A DNA stretch of 64,000 bases from Ginglymostoma cirratum. Taxonomy: Eukaryota. The notes under the pieces were generated by a model. That model had not been told where the DNA came from. It saw nothing but the letters and a program-made list of their open reading frames with translations, and did not search any database. Shown here piece after piece: positions 13,331 to 24,985 of this stretch (positions within the stretch are counted from its first letter, which is position 1; each line of letters opens with the position of its first letter). Location: positions 17,426,258 to 17,490,257 of the forward strand of contig JAHRHZ010000087.1 of the NCBI GenBank assembly GCA_024137785.1, read 5' to 3'. Position numbers and translations under genes: made by a program.

Positions 13331-15130
13331 ATGGCAGAGAAGGGGATGATGGCACCAGGTTTCTCTGACTGGGACCTAGAGGTCCTGGTGGATGGAGGTA
13401 TGATGAGGAAAGGTGTCTCTTTCTGCAGGACTGGCATGGGATGCCATATTACCAGACTCTGCCAGCCTCGTTAGAGATCACCACCTTGCTCAGTGCCATT
13501 TCCAGGGCATGGAAGACTGTCCAGCAGTGTAGAAACAAGTTCAATAACCTTCTTTGCTCTGCCAAGGTAAGTACTGCATTCTTCTCTCTGCTGCCACATA
13601 CTCAATCCACCTCTGTTAGCACACACGTCTCTTACCAGGACTCATGTTCTGGCACTCTCACTATTGCATGCAACACCTTGTTTCACTCGCTCTCCCCCAA
13701 AAGTATCCCAAATGAACAAGGCTGCATGCACTCTATATTGCATCGTCAACCTTTTACTATACCTCATCACCTTTCCCCAACACGTACAAGCGATTATAGT
13801 GTTGTGCCACTGTAAGGTCACTCAGTTCCACACTCACTACTCTGCTTATTACAGGAAAAGACAACCCATAAAAGGGCAGAGAAAGCCTGGACAGGTGCCC
13901 AACATCAGGGTTCTCACACATTACAATGAGAGAAAGCCGGCTGGGCAATTCCTGTTGGGATCCTCGATCATCCACTTCTCATCAAATGAATAAATACCAC
14001 TAAAATAAAGCAAAGAACTGAAAAAGCTGGAAATCTGACACAAAATCAGAAAGTGCTGCAGCAGGTCTGGTAGCATCGGTGGAGAGAAAAACAGAGTTAA
14101 CATTCCCAGACCAGTGACTTTCATCAGAACTGATTCCACTGCAGAAACTTTCAATCATTGCCCAGCATGTCTAACCACCGGTGATGACACCTTCTTTCTC
14201 TTGTATCTTGCAGATTCCACTAACCTCCCCTGAACCTCTTTGGAGAAATGTCTGGTTTCAGTAGAAGCCCAGTCTTGTCCTCTGAGATTGAGAGTACGGG
14301 GGCCACGGGGGATCCATTGGCAAGGCTGCCATCAGGCCAGACACTGAGGTCTCACTGGGAACCAAGTATGGTGAGCACTTTACAGTGACATCTCCTTGGC
14401 TGACTGAGCAAGAAGTACCCCAGGCTGCTGACAATCACGGACTGCTGGAGACCAGCCACCTGCTCAGCTCCAGCTGAAGGACACCCTGTCATCTTGGAAA
14501 TCAAGGACTTCATCAACATGGAGCAGCAGGGGCAGACAGGCATCTGGGACACAATGGTCCTCACTGCCCAAAAGCAGCATCAATGCAGCAAATCCGGTGA
14601 CTGGCTGTTTCCATGGTCACAGGTTGGCAGCTGCTATACAGTATACTCTCACTATGTGTCTGCACACACCAACACTCCATTACCCCAGATATTGGTCCTC
14701 AAGGACCAAGGGCTGGGAGATGGGGTTGGGGGGCGGGTGCTGGGTTCCTTGATCCCCGTATAGATTCCCTGTGCTCACAACGAGACAAGACACTGCCAGG
14801 AGGCACACAACCAGAGGTGGAAACAGACACAGGGTCCCCTGCAGTTTTTGAGCAGGCCACTGCAAAAGTGGCCAGGCCTTCCACCTTCACCTGGTTTGAC
14901 CTCCCCTCTGGCCCTTTGATGTTCAAGTCGAAGAAGGTCAACTTGTCTCTGGCAGAAGACCTGTGGCATGCCAGGTCCTTCCAGACACAAACGCCCTCAG
15001 GGTCACTCCAATACTGGAGGGCTAACAGCCTCCACAAACTGAGTCCCTCTAACCCAGATGTGGAACTGGGCTGTACACTAATATGTATTGGGAAGGAGAA
15101 AAAGAAGAAAATCTATTCAGGGCACTTTGG
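13331..15130 (+). pseudogene. PIF/Harbinger Myb/SANT-like DNA-binding gene remnant (spliced)
   Basis: MAEKG..APGFSDWDLEVLVDG / LEITTLLSAISRAWKTVQQCRNKFNNLLCSAK|gtaagt (13567); exon 2 after ttacag at 13855 EKTTHKRAEKAWTG; frameshifted; 3' limit approximate. Confidence 0.7.
13990..14135 (-). mobile_element. Penelope-like terminal repeat with degenerate hammerhead
   Basis: Reverse complement reads agttctgatgaaagtcactggtctgggaatgttaactctg followed by the family tail. Confidence 0.7.
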
Positions 15131-15927
15131 TGTGGATGAAAAAGGCTTTTAAGTAACTACCACTTTCTGCCTAAATGTTTATGGTGTTAACTGTCATGCT
15201 TTTAGGAATCTCTTTGTGTAGGTGCTAAATGCATCTATTTTAGGACCATCCGGCAGCACTTCATAGCCACAGACAAGGCTCCATGGATGAAGGACTCCAC
15301 TGGCAGCCTTTTTGCTGGAAGCAGGGGAAGCACTGTGTATACGTGGCATTGGGCCATGATGACACTTTCGATTACATTCATTCAACATCCCAATGCTGCA
15401 AAAGAGTTATCTATTAATGGCTGTGCCAGAAGGTTCAACATAGAGCAAAGGTCAACTCTGTAGGATGTCCCAGGAGTAGACAGCAGCGGCATGTCTGTGT
15501 GCTGTATAATGCATTGACCTGCGACCTCTGTTCTTTCTCGATATAAAATCCCTGAGACCATTGTTTACAGCAGCCATCCTTCCTCAGAGGTCAAGTTATT
15601 TAGCCTGCCTGCCCCAAGTGTGATAGCAGCCATTTTCTTCCCCATTGCAGCACGTCCAGCAACGAGTATAAATCATGAAGTAGGCTGATCCAAAAAATGC
15701 ATTACTGTACCAGAATTGGCACTGGGTATAATTCCTGTGTAAGAAGTCTACAGAGGCAGTCCTCATTATAAATGACTCTAAATGGTTATGAATATAATAA
15801 TTTATAATGTAAAAGCTGACAGTAGAACATGAAGGTGCATACATTTACTCCAGGCATAGAATGGGTGTACAGTACAGATGTTGATGCAGTGATTTACTAT
15901 CACTTAATTTTCAGTGGTACAGCAGTG

Positions 15928-16355
15928 TTTTTTTCCTATTCATTTGTGGGATGTGAGCGTCACTGGCTAGCCAGCATTTCTTGCCCATCCCTGGTCGCCC
16001 TTCAGAAAGCGGTGATGAGCTGCCTTCTTGACTCGCCGCAGTCCACCTGCTATGGTTGACCCACAATGCCATTAGGGAGAAAATTCCAGGATTTAGACCC
16101 AGCGACGGTGAAGGAACAGCAATATATTTCCAAGTCAGGATGGTGAGTGGCTTGGAGGGGAACTTGGAGGTGGTGGTGTTCCCAAATGTCTGCTGCCCTT
16201 GTCCTTCTCGACAGAAGTGATCATGGGTTCGGAAGGTGCCGTCTGAGGATCTTTGGTGAATTTCTGCAGTGCACCTTGTCGATCGTACACACTGCTGCTA
16301 CTGAGCATCAGTGGTGGAGGGAGTGAATGCTTGTGGGTGCAGTGCCAATCAAGCC
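15928..16355 (-). mobile_element. CR1/L2-group (Crack-like) LINE 3' end
   Basis: Minus strand ..HSLHH..VAAVCTI.KVHCRNSPKILRRHLP..; same family as 18335-19115; ends in A-rich tail. Confidence 0.7.
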
Positions 16356-16899
16356 AATTCATCTGATGGTTCAGTGGATGCAAAACACTCACAGACAGGC
16401 AAGTCTGGACTATGTTTGGAGGCACAAGGAAATGAAGGTTTTATTAAGATCAGGAAACCTGAGTTATAACTTTCACAAAACGTTTGCCCAATTTTTCTGT
16501 GGGATTTCTTCAGACAACCAACCTTTAAGATTGCATGAGAAGACTTTATAGCTGGCTGGGGTGACTGGAAGGGGAACTATTGGATCATAGAGGCACAGAA
16601 CATTGTCAAAGAAACCGATGGTGCACAGTGTAGTAGATGGCTGTTGAGGGGTTGAGAACATTGATGATGATGATTAGGTTGGGCTGATGGGGCAGGATCC
16701 AATGGATAGCCCAAGCACGTTGGAAGAAGGGATGTATGAAGGTGGAGACTGCAGGCAGAGCACAGGAGTGAGCTTACTGGGTAGTCTTTGCCCCAGAGTT
16801 ATCACGCATGTTTCTCCAGGTCCCCAAATGTGCTGTAAATCTACTTTAATCATGGATTCAGGTCTTTTCACCTCTTTTCAGTACCAGACATCTCCCAAC

Positions 16900-17170
16900 A
16901 CTACTTAACAACTTGCCATTAGGAGACGTACAACTGTCTTTCTCTCTCTTTGGGCTCTACCCTATCGCTTACTGCCTACCCCACCCACCTCCCTATTTTC
17001 TGCATATAAGCTGACATTTTCCCAGCCGCTATCAGTTCTGAGGAAGGGTCACTGACCCGAAACGTTAACTCTATTTTTTTCCTTCACAGATGCTACCAGA
17101 CCTGCTGAGCTATTCCAGCAACTTTGTTTTTGTTCCTGATTTACAGCATCCACAGTTCTTTCGGTTTTTA
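16900..17170 (+). mobile_element. Penelope-like 3' terminal repeat
   Basis: Pyrimidine-rich leader, hammerhead core, then cacagatgctaccagacctgctgag...cagcatccacagttctttcggttttt. Confidence 0.8.
17034..17070 (+). ncRNA. Minimal type I hammerhead ribozyme motif
   Basis: AGTT-CTGAGGA-A-GGGTC(act)GACCC-GAAAC-GTT-AACT: 4-bp stem I, 5-bp stem II, full core, palindromic AACGTT in stem III. Confidence 0.75.
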
Positions 17171-18334
17171 CAAGTATAGAGTCACCTGTTACTTTTATGG
17201 TTTTCCTTACTCTGCTTCTTTCTGGTTAACAATTACTTATCTCAGATTTGTTAGGATGAACTTTTCAGGTATACATTTAATCAATTTTATTTTTAATCAA
17301 AACAATCAGTTGTCCTCGTCACTGAGAGACTTTTTAAATCAAACTTTTATTTACGTTCACTGATGTAGCACTAAGTTTTGGGTTACAATTTTTAAGGTGT
17401 TAATAAAATTGCTACAATGGGTTATCTAAATTTTATGACTATCAAAGGCTAATTGGGTGACTGGTTTGCAAGGATCTCCAGGTGCTGAATAGCCCCAGAT
17501 TTTAGTTATAAAGTCTTCCAGCACAGAAAGAGACCCTGTTAAGCACCATGGGTCTGGGTGCTTAAAGAAAATTTAAACCAGTTACTTCACTGTCAGCAAA
17601 CACCCATCATCAACAGGGAATTGACTTGAAATCCAATTTGACATTGCCCTTAACATATTAATTCCCGTTTATGATTTAATCAGTGAAAGTTTCACAGAAA
17701 CATCCAAGTCTACATAAAGTATTTGTCTGTTTAGTGAAGGTGAAATCCAAACATTACTGCAAGTTAACTTTCACAGTACTCGTAGGAACCAGAAGGTCAA
17801 ACAGAAATTGCAGATTTAGTTCTGCCATTCAGATACCCTTCGCACAAAGATTGATCGACAATATTTGGAATTCTATGTAAAGTTACGGAATCAAAATGTT
17901 TATGCTTTAGTAGAGTAGTTGAGTGCCTTAATGGTGATGCTACATGTTATTCTAGAGGAACCAGCTAAAATAAAATAAGTAGCTTTTCTCATCTATATTT
18001 ATCTTCTGGCCGTGTGAGAAGGCTGAGTAATTTTGTTTGGTAACAATAGCTCCCATGTTTTTGTGGAAACAGGTTATGATTCACATATATATTAAGTTTT
18101 TAATTTTCAAACATAATATTGTAGAAGGTGGAACTGAAAGGAGATCATGTACATCGGGTTGGGGAAGCAGGGAAATTAGAGAAGTTTGTGGTCTCTAGCA
18201 TGTACCCACAAATGTGATGCAAGAAGGGACACAGTGCAGGCCACTTTCTCACTTAGTGGATGATAGCAATTAAGCAAGAAGAAAAATAAAAATATAAAAA
18301 AGTGTAAAAGAAAACTGCCTTGGTTTAAAAAGGG

Positions 18335-19115
18335 ACCGAAAGTGCTGAATTCCAGAAGTGAAATTAGAGTGACAGTCCTTGACATTAAGGCCACATTTGA
18401 CCATGTGTGACGTCAAGGAGTCCTGAGCAAAACTGATGTCAATAGGAATCAGGATTGGAGTCATGCCTTGTACGTAGGAAGATGGCTGTAATTAATGTAG
18501 GTCATCAGGGTAGTGTCCTAGACCCAACCATCTTCTGCTACTTCATTATTGTCCTTGCCTCCATCATAAAGTTGGAAATGAGGATGTTCGCCAATGATTT
18601 CACAAAGTAAACAAAGCGCAAGTCAGGAGTGTGATGGAATATTTACTATTGCCTGGGTGGCTGTAGTTCCAACAAGCCCTCAAGAAGCTTGACACTATCC
18701 AGGACTAAGCAGCCTACTTGATAGGCACCACATCCACAATCATCTACCCCCCATATCACCGACATTCAGTAGCAGCAATGTGTATTAGTTAAAAGATACA
18801 CTGCAGAAATTCACCAACAATCCTGAGACAGCACCCTCCAAACCAATGACCACTTCCATCTAGAAGGACAAGGGCAGTAGATACGTAGGAACACCACCCT
18901 CTGCAACTTCCCTTCCAAGCCACTCACTATCCTGACTTGGAAATATATCACCACTCCTTCACTATCGCTGGGTCCAAATCCTGGAATTCCCTCCCTATCA
19001 ATATTATGGGTTTACCTAAAGCACATGGACTGCTGTGGTTCAAGAAAGCAGCTCACCATCACTTTCTCAAAAGCAATAAAGACTAGCAATAAACACACAC
19101 GTCCCACGAGAGAGA
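18335..19115 (+). mobile_element. CR1/L2-group (Crack-like) LINE fragment
   Basis: RT-like cttgacattaaggccacatttgac (LDIKATFD) and cagggtagtgtcctag (QGSVL); 3' part matches 15928-16355 in the opposite orientation. Confidence 0.75.
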
Positions 19116-19774
19116 AAAGAAGTTTCCAAACAGTACTCAGTATGGACGTGCCCCTCAATAGCCCGAGGGTGTGTGAAAATCACCTTTACATGCCTGTCTG
19201 CTGGCTCTAACAAGTTTAAATATTTCACTTGCACTACTAGCACGCACATGCTTAAAACATTTATATTGTGTTAGACTGTTCACTAATTGCACAAGTCATT
19301 TAGTTTAGATGGACCAGTGCCTCCACTAAAAATGCAGTAGCACGTCCAACAAATATGTTTAGTAGCTGTCACAAACAGTGACTTCCGTGTCATATCACCA
19401 TCATGAACATGCACTGATCTTCAATATGATCTACTGCATGTTGTAAACTTTGCTTAGTTAATAACTTTGGGGTTAATGGCACTAAGTTAACAGGAGAAAC
19501 ATGGGTTAGGTATTTAATGTGAAGTCAATGACTGCCTGAACAATGATCTCTAATCCTCTGTGCAAAAGAAGTTGCGAGATAACACAACCAATTATCCATC
19601 ACTTGCCATCTGCTCATTTCATGTAAATATTACTGTAACCAAGTGTGTAAGAAAGAAGCCTCTCTGCATGACAACTTACATTTCAGATGTAACCATTTTC
19701 CTTTCAAAAGCAATTAGAACTATTGTATATTTCCATTAGAGATGGCAAAAGTTCCTTAAACGTGTTAAGAATTG

Positions 19775-20185
19775 ATATAGCACCTTTCACTTCCCTTCAA
19801 AAATCAGAGGTGCTTTTTTCATTGAACTACTGTTTGTTATGAAAATACAAAAGCGAAAAAACACACTGAAGTCTTGCAAACAGCAGTGAGATCAGTGACC
19901 AGATGATAAGTATTTTGCCATGTTGGTCAAGCAAAAAATAATGCCCAGGGAACCATAAAAATACATCTGCCTGAATTCAAATAATGCCATGGGATCATTT
20001 ATGTCCACCTAAGTAGGAATACAGGACATTGGTTTATTGTCTCATCCAAATTAGAATACCTGTTCCAGTGCAGCACACACTTAGTTCTGCGTGGCTGTGA
20101 CAGATAATATCATGCATACATGTGTCACTGCACTTCTGACCAACAACTTTCCATCTCACAGAGGGGAGACAGCTACCACTAAGTT
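19775..20185 (-). mobile_element. SacSINE1-like DeuSINE, old
   Basis: Deu-domain-like blocks gccatgggatcatttatgtccacct, ggtttattgtctcatccaaa, cagtgcagcac; tRNA-like head at the right end. Confidence 0.65.
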
Positions 20186-20479
20186 CAGAGTAATTTTCAG
20201 CCAACCTTTCATGAAGAAAGGGAGCATACAGGTGATATTACAGCATGCATAGTGTAAGGGACAAGTACTTTCACTTTGTGAACTATAAGGTCGACATTGC
20301 TATACGTTTAACAGACCAATACCTATATTAGTCAGGAAAAAGATTTTCAGAGATTTACAAAGATTTTCTTTTTTGTTAATTTGTTGTCTAGCATAAACAC
20401 CAGTTTTCACCTTTTCCTTCCCAGCAACACATCCTTCCACTGAGGAAGAACCCAAGTCCTTTTAAAAAGGAAAATCAAG

Positions 20480-20680
20480 CTGTTCAGACATGCTAGGACA
20501 CACCTCTGGAGCAGGGGTAGGACTTAACCCAGGCCTTCTATCTCAGAGGTAGGGACATTACCACTGTACCCCAAGCACTCGCTTAATTATTATTTTCTAA
20601 TCAACCTGTTAAGGGATGTGATGACACAACTCTAGAACAGATGTTTTCTTTTTGTTTTTTCCAATGCCCCTCTGACCTTT
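20480..20680 (-). mobile_element. Short tRNA-derived SINE, full plus partial copy
   Basis: cacacctctggagcagg..ctcagaggtagggacattaccactg; related copies near 21200, 38190, 40390 and 46945. Confidence 0.65.
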
Positions 20681-20894
20681 TTTAAAACAACCACCAAATC
20701 ATATGCATAACTTTTCTTTTACTCTTTTATCCACCACCAAATCACACGTAGTTAAAATAAAATGAAAACTTCACAAGTACTGCCCATCGGTGGCAGTACA
20801 ACAGCAACACAAGTGAGGAAAAGCAGGGGGAAAGGGATGGAATGAAATTCAAATGGAGTTGGATTAGGATGCAGCAAGTGTTTTTCTTATTTCT

Positions 20895-21097
20895 AAAGGA
20901 TACTTGTGAACCAGATGGATTTTTAGAATAATCAACATGGTTACAGTATCACCATTAGGTCAGCTCTTTGTTCTAGGTTTTATTGAAGTTAAATTTCATG
21001 TTTTGCCACAGCAGGACATGAACCCAAGTCCCTAGAGCATTAGCTTGGGGTTCTGGGTTACTAGACCAGTGACATTACCGCAATGCCACCGCCTCCC
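20895..21097 (-). mobile_element. tRNA-derived SINE 5' half (family that shares the Crack-like LINE tail)
   Basis: Reverse complement: gggaggcggtggcattgcggtaatgtcactgg...gggttcatgtcc; overlaps the 24598-24835 family at gtgaaccagatgg. Confidence 0.65.
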
Positions 21098-21319
21098 ATA
21101 AAATTTCCCAGAGGCTGAATTTTGCATGTATTATTCTGAAGCAGACACGTTGCATTCCAGTGGATACTGTGTTACAATGGATGCTTACTAATCAACGTGT
21201 TCAGAGTTGTTATTACAAACCTTTCAGAGCAGATGGGATTTGAACAGGCCTTCTGGCTCAGAAGTAGGGACACTACCACTGCAACACAAGAACCACCACT
21301 TTTAATATTTTCTATTCCC

Positions 21320-21792
21320 ATCTCCCTGCTATAGGAAAGATGTTGTGAAACTTGAAAGGGTTCAGAAACGATTTACAAGGATGTTGCCAGTGTTAGATGG
21401 TTTGAGTTATAGGGAGAGGCTGAATAGATTGGGGCTATTATCTCTGGAGCATCGGAGGCTGAGGGGTGACCTTATAGAGGCTTACAAGATCATGAGGGGC
21501 ATGGACAGGGCAAATAGACAAGGTCTTTTCCCCAAGGTGCAGGAGTCCAAAACTAGAAGGCACAGGTTTAAGGTCAGAGGGGAAAGATTCAAAAGGGACC
21601 TGAGGGGCAACATTTTCATACAGAGGGTGGTGCCTGTATGGAATGGGCTGCCAGAGAAAGTGGAGGAGGCTGGTACAAATATGGCATTTAAAAGGCCTCT
21701 GGATGGGACATAGATTTATTTAGGATATCTGGTCCGCATGGACGAGTTGGACCAAAGGGTCTGTTTCTGTACTGTATATCTCTAAGACTCTA
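21320..21792 (+). mobile_element. Young CR1/HER1-like LINE 3' end
   Basis: ORF 21345-21713 KLERVQKRFTRMLP..LSYRERLNRLGL.SLEHRRLRGDLIEAYKIMRG; CR1 tail. Confidence 0.92.
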
Positions 21793-23984
21793 ATCAAACT
21801 GTGCAGAGATGTTATGACACATCTCTGAAGCATATGTTTTATTTGTTCTTTTCTATGCACCTCTGAATGTTTGAATTGAACTGTAGTTCCGATGTGCAGG
21901 GCAAGAACAGCATAGTCTTTTGACTAATCAGTGATGAATCCTTACTGAAACACCCAGAACAAGGAGAAGTTTGTTCGCATAGCACCACCTTCTGTGGTAG
22001 CAAGCAGACTTGCCTTTATTTTCTCAGACTACTAGCTGTGCAATCACACTATACATGGCACTAAGGTCATTCAAAAATGCTGTGTGGGTTACACAAGTAG
22101 CAACACATAGATTTGCGTATACCTGAGGAATCAAGTTAAACCTGCAGAGAGCTATTGCAGACAGCACCAGGCAAACAAGTTTTTCTCCCATGCAGTATAA
22201 ATCAGCAGGTATAAAACAGGAAGGAAATATAAATAGGATTTGTATAGATATGGAATGTGGAATAAAACTTGGGGATAAAAAACAAATGGGGTTAATGGAG
22301 AGAGGTAAAAGAGAAATACAGAAAATGCTAATAAAATTATTCAAAGTTTGTTTACAAATCTCCAACATAATTAATTTCTGATGGATCAAGACTCCACACT
22401 TGCATGATATAATTTTCAGGGTTAGAGAGAATGTTTATTAGTTAATTGTTAACTATCAACAAAAATATTTAATCAATGCACCCTAACATTTTCTGATATC
22501 TATGATAGGGACCTAATGGGCAAATATTCTGAAGTTACACCGTAACAGTGATTTCAGTGGAAGTTCTATCAGTGACGACTCATATTCTAAACAGCACAAT
22601 ATGCATTTTCATGTCAAACAGCAACTATGTGGTGTCAAAACCTGCTGTTGTTTTTCTCCATTATAATGGTGAGTATGATTATCTGCAGAAAAAACATACC
22701 TGTGTTTTGCAAATTTAAAATATAACCTCATCTAGGAGTTGCATGAGCTGTAATGCAAACTATAAGTAAAATTCACTTACTGGATAGATTTATGTTGTAA
22801 TCTTGTCCAATTATTGCAAAATTCTGATTGTAATGCAGCTGAATTGTTGTCAAGAGCAAATCTGCAAATCTGATTGATGGAGAAAGACAAAAATATTTTA
22901 AGCAACGTGCAAGAAAACTATTTGAATCAGTCCCAGCTATTATTATAACATTATGTTTACTCATATTATTCAGTCATTTATGTCATATTGTTTTTGGCTT
23001 TGTGATTTAATCCAGTTGTGGAGAAGATGGGATGAGCATGGGTCACTATCTGGCTTGCCACATTAAGAGAGACTTCTCTGAGAACTTGACCTCAGTGGTT
23101 CTTTTGGCACATGAAGTCAGTTTATGAGAAACACAATCCATATTGGAATTGGACACTGTCCTGACTTGAAACCTTACCCTTCGTCTCTGATCTCATAATC
23201 ATTCCCTTTCTCTAAGTAACATTTCCAAGAAGCGTATAATTTAGCATTTGAGGAAAAACAGAAAGTGTTTGTCTTTCTTTGTAATAAAGATTCTCAGTTT
23301 GCATTCTGAAAATATAAAGTATACAGAAGAACAAACTGAAAAATTTGCATGGCGCGTATTTAAGAAAACATTGCTGATTTTAATTGCTGAGCTGTAGAAT
23401 GACATTTGACTGGGTCTTAGAAGCAAAATAAAATGTTTTATTTTGGTCAGTGAGCCTCATTGCAAATAATGAATATTCAGATAGGGTAGTGTATGTTTTA
23501 AAGGAAAGATTTGAGGAAGAAAACTGAATGGGTGGTAGGATTACAAAAGAGTAATCACAAAAACAAAAACTCACTAAACCAATAACCCAATGGTGCAGTT
23601 TAGGTTATATAATAAACAGTAATAGCAAAACAAATTGTCCACTCAGTACAAAGTGTGTATGAACGTCAGCAATTCTGTTGCGTATCTGGTACTTCAATCT
23701 TTGATTTGGAGGGTTTTGCCACATTGTACGCTGGTGCTGAATTATGGAATAATGTATTAATTAGGAAGCCAATCAATGGGTCAGAATTGTGTTAAAAACT
23801 ATGGAAACAAAGCGCTCGTGATTTTCAACTATCACCTGGACTATGAGTTTAAACAAGCATTTTAAAAGAATTTCTTGTTACCTTCTTATTTGAGAAAAGT
23901 AGAGTTTTGGTATTAAAGGAGACTTACATTCCTAACCTCCTCATTTTGACATTGGTTCACACAAAACATGAGGTGATCTTAAAT

Positions 23985-24600
23985 TAAAAGACAATTTGCA
24001 TTTATACAGCAGCTTAACATGGTAAAATATCATAAGATGCTTCACAGGAGCTTTATCAACACTTCACAGGCCAGAATACACAGGCCCAGGTCCCTGGCCC
24101 GACTGAACACCAGTTCCACATATCCGACTCTCCATCCACCCATCCACCCTACTCCCCTCTTACACTTGCTGCCCCAACCCTTTACCCACCTGTCATCCTA
24201 TCTCAACAATTAATATTGTACACTTAACCTTTTCTCAGCAGTTGTAAATGACACATAACTTAAATGCCAGGATGATTCTACAATGATTTCCTGGTTCTGA
24301 GCATTCCTAAATTGGTGTCTGCTGATTCATAACAGGAGGGTCCGGTCGAAATTTGAGAGCAGAACTGATCCAAATGTATTTTTTTGTCCAATCCAGGCAG
24401 AAATAAAGAGGGAGGGAGGTTTAAGAAGGGAATTTCAGGGCCAGGGATCCAGCAGCCGAAGCATATAGAGATGCAATCAAAGTTGGAGGGTGCATTAGAT
24501 GTCAAAAATTAGAGTATAGATGTCTAAGAGGATTGTAAATGTGAGGAAAGTTAGAGATCAAGAACAGTGAAGCCATGAAGTGATTTGAAAACAAGGATTT
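23985..24600 (-). mobile_element. L2-like LINE 3' end, interrupted
   Basis: Reverse-complement tail ttgcatttatacagc..gcttcacagga; body gagggaggtttaagaagggaatttcag..gatttgaaaacaagg; unrelated sequence about 24060-24400. Confidence 0.55.
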
Positions 24601-24835
24601 TTTTTCGTTTATTCATTCAGAGGATGAGGACGTCGCTGGCTAGGCAGCAATTATTCCCCATTCCTAATTGACCAGAGGGCAGTTGAAAGTCAACCACATT
24701 GCTGCAGGTCTGGGGTCACACGTAGGCCAGACCAGGTAAGAATGACAGTTTCCTTCCCTAAAGGACATTAGTGAACCAGATAGGTTTTTCCAACAATCGG
24801 TTCACGGTCATCATTAGATCCTTAATTCCAGATGT
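24598..24835 (-). mobile_element. tRNA-derived SINE 3' half
   Basis: gagggcagttgaaagtcaaccacattgctg..ccttccctaaaggacattagtgaaccag; tail similar to the LINE at 15928. Confidence 0.7.
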
Positions 24836-24854
24836 TCCAGATTCCAGATTTCAG

Positions 24855-24985
24855 AAATGATGAAGGGTCTAGGCCTGAAACGTCAAGCTTTTCTGCTCCT
24901 ATGATGCTGCTTGGCCTGCTGTGTTCATCCAGGTGTACACCTTGTTATCTCTGAATCTCCAGCATTTGCAGTTCTTATTGTACCT
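24855..24985 (+). mobile_element. Penelope-like terminal repeat with degenerate hammerhead
   Basis: atgatgaagggtctaggcctgaaacgtc followed by gatgctgcttggcctgctgtgttcatccag. Confidence 0.7.

Noticed and set aside
14613-15152. 179-aa ORF
   Set aside because: Lies in the decayed Harbinger-like region; no recognisable domain; overlapping ORFs on both strands indicate GC-driven chance ORFs
15420-15495. Myb-like snippet AKVNSVGCPRSRQQ
   Set aside because: Too short to call independently
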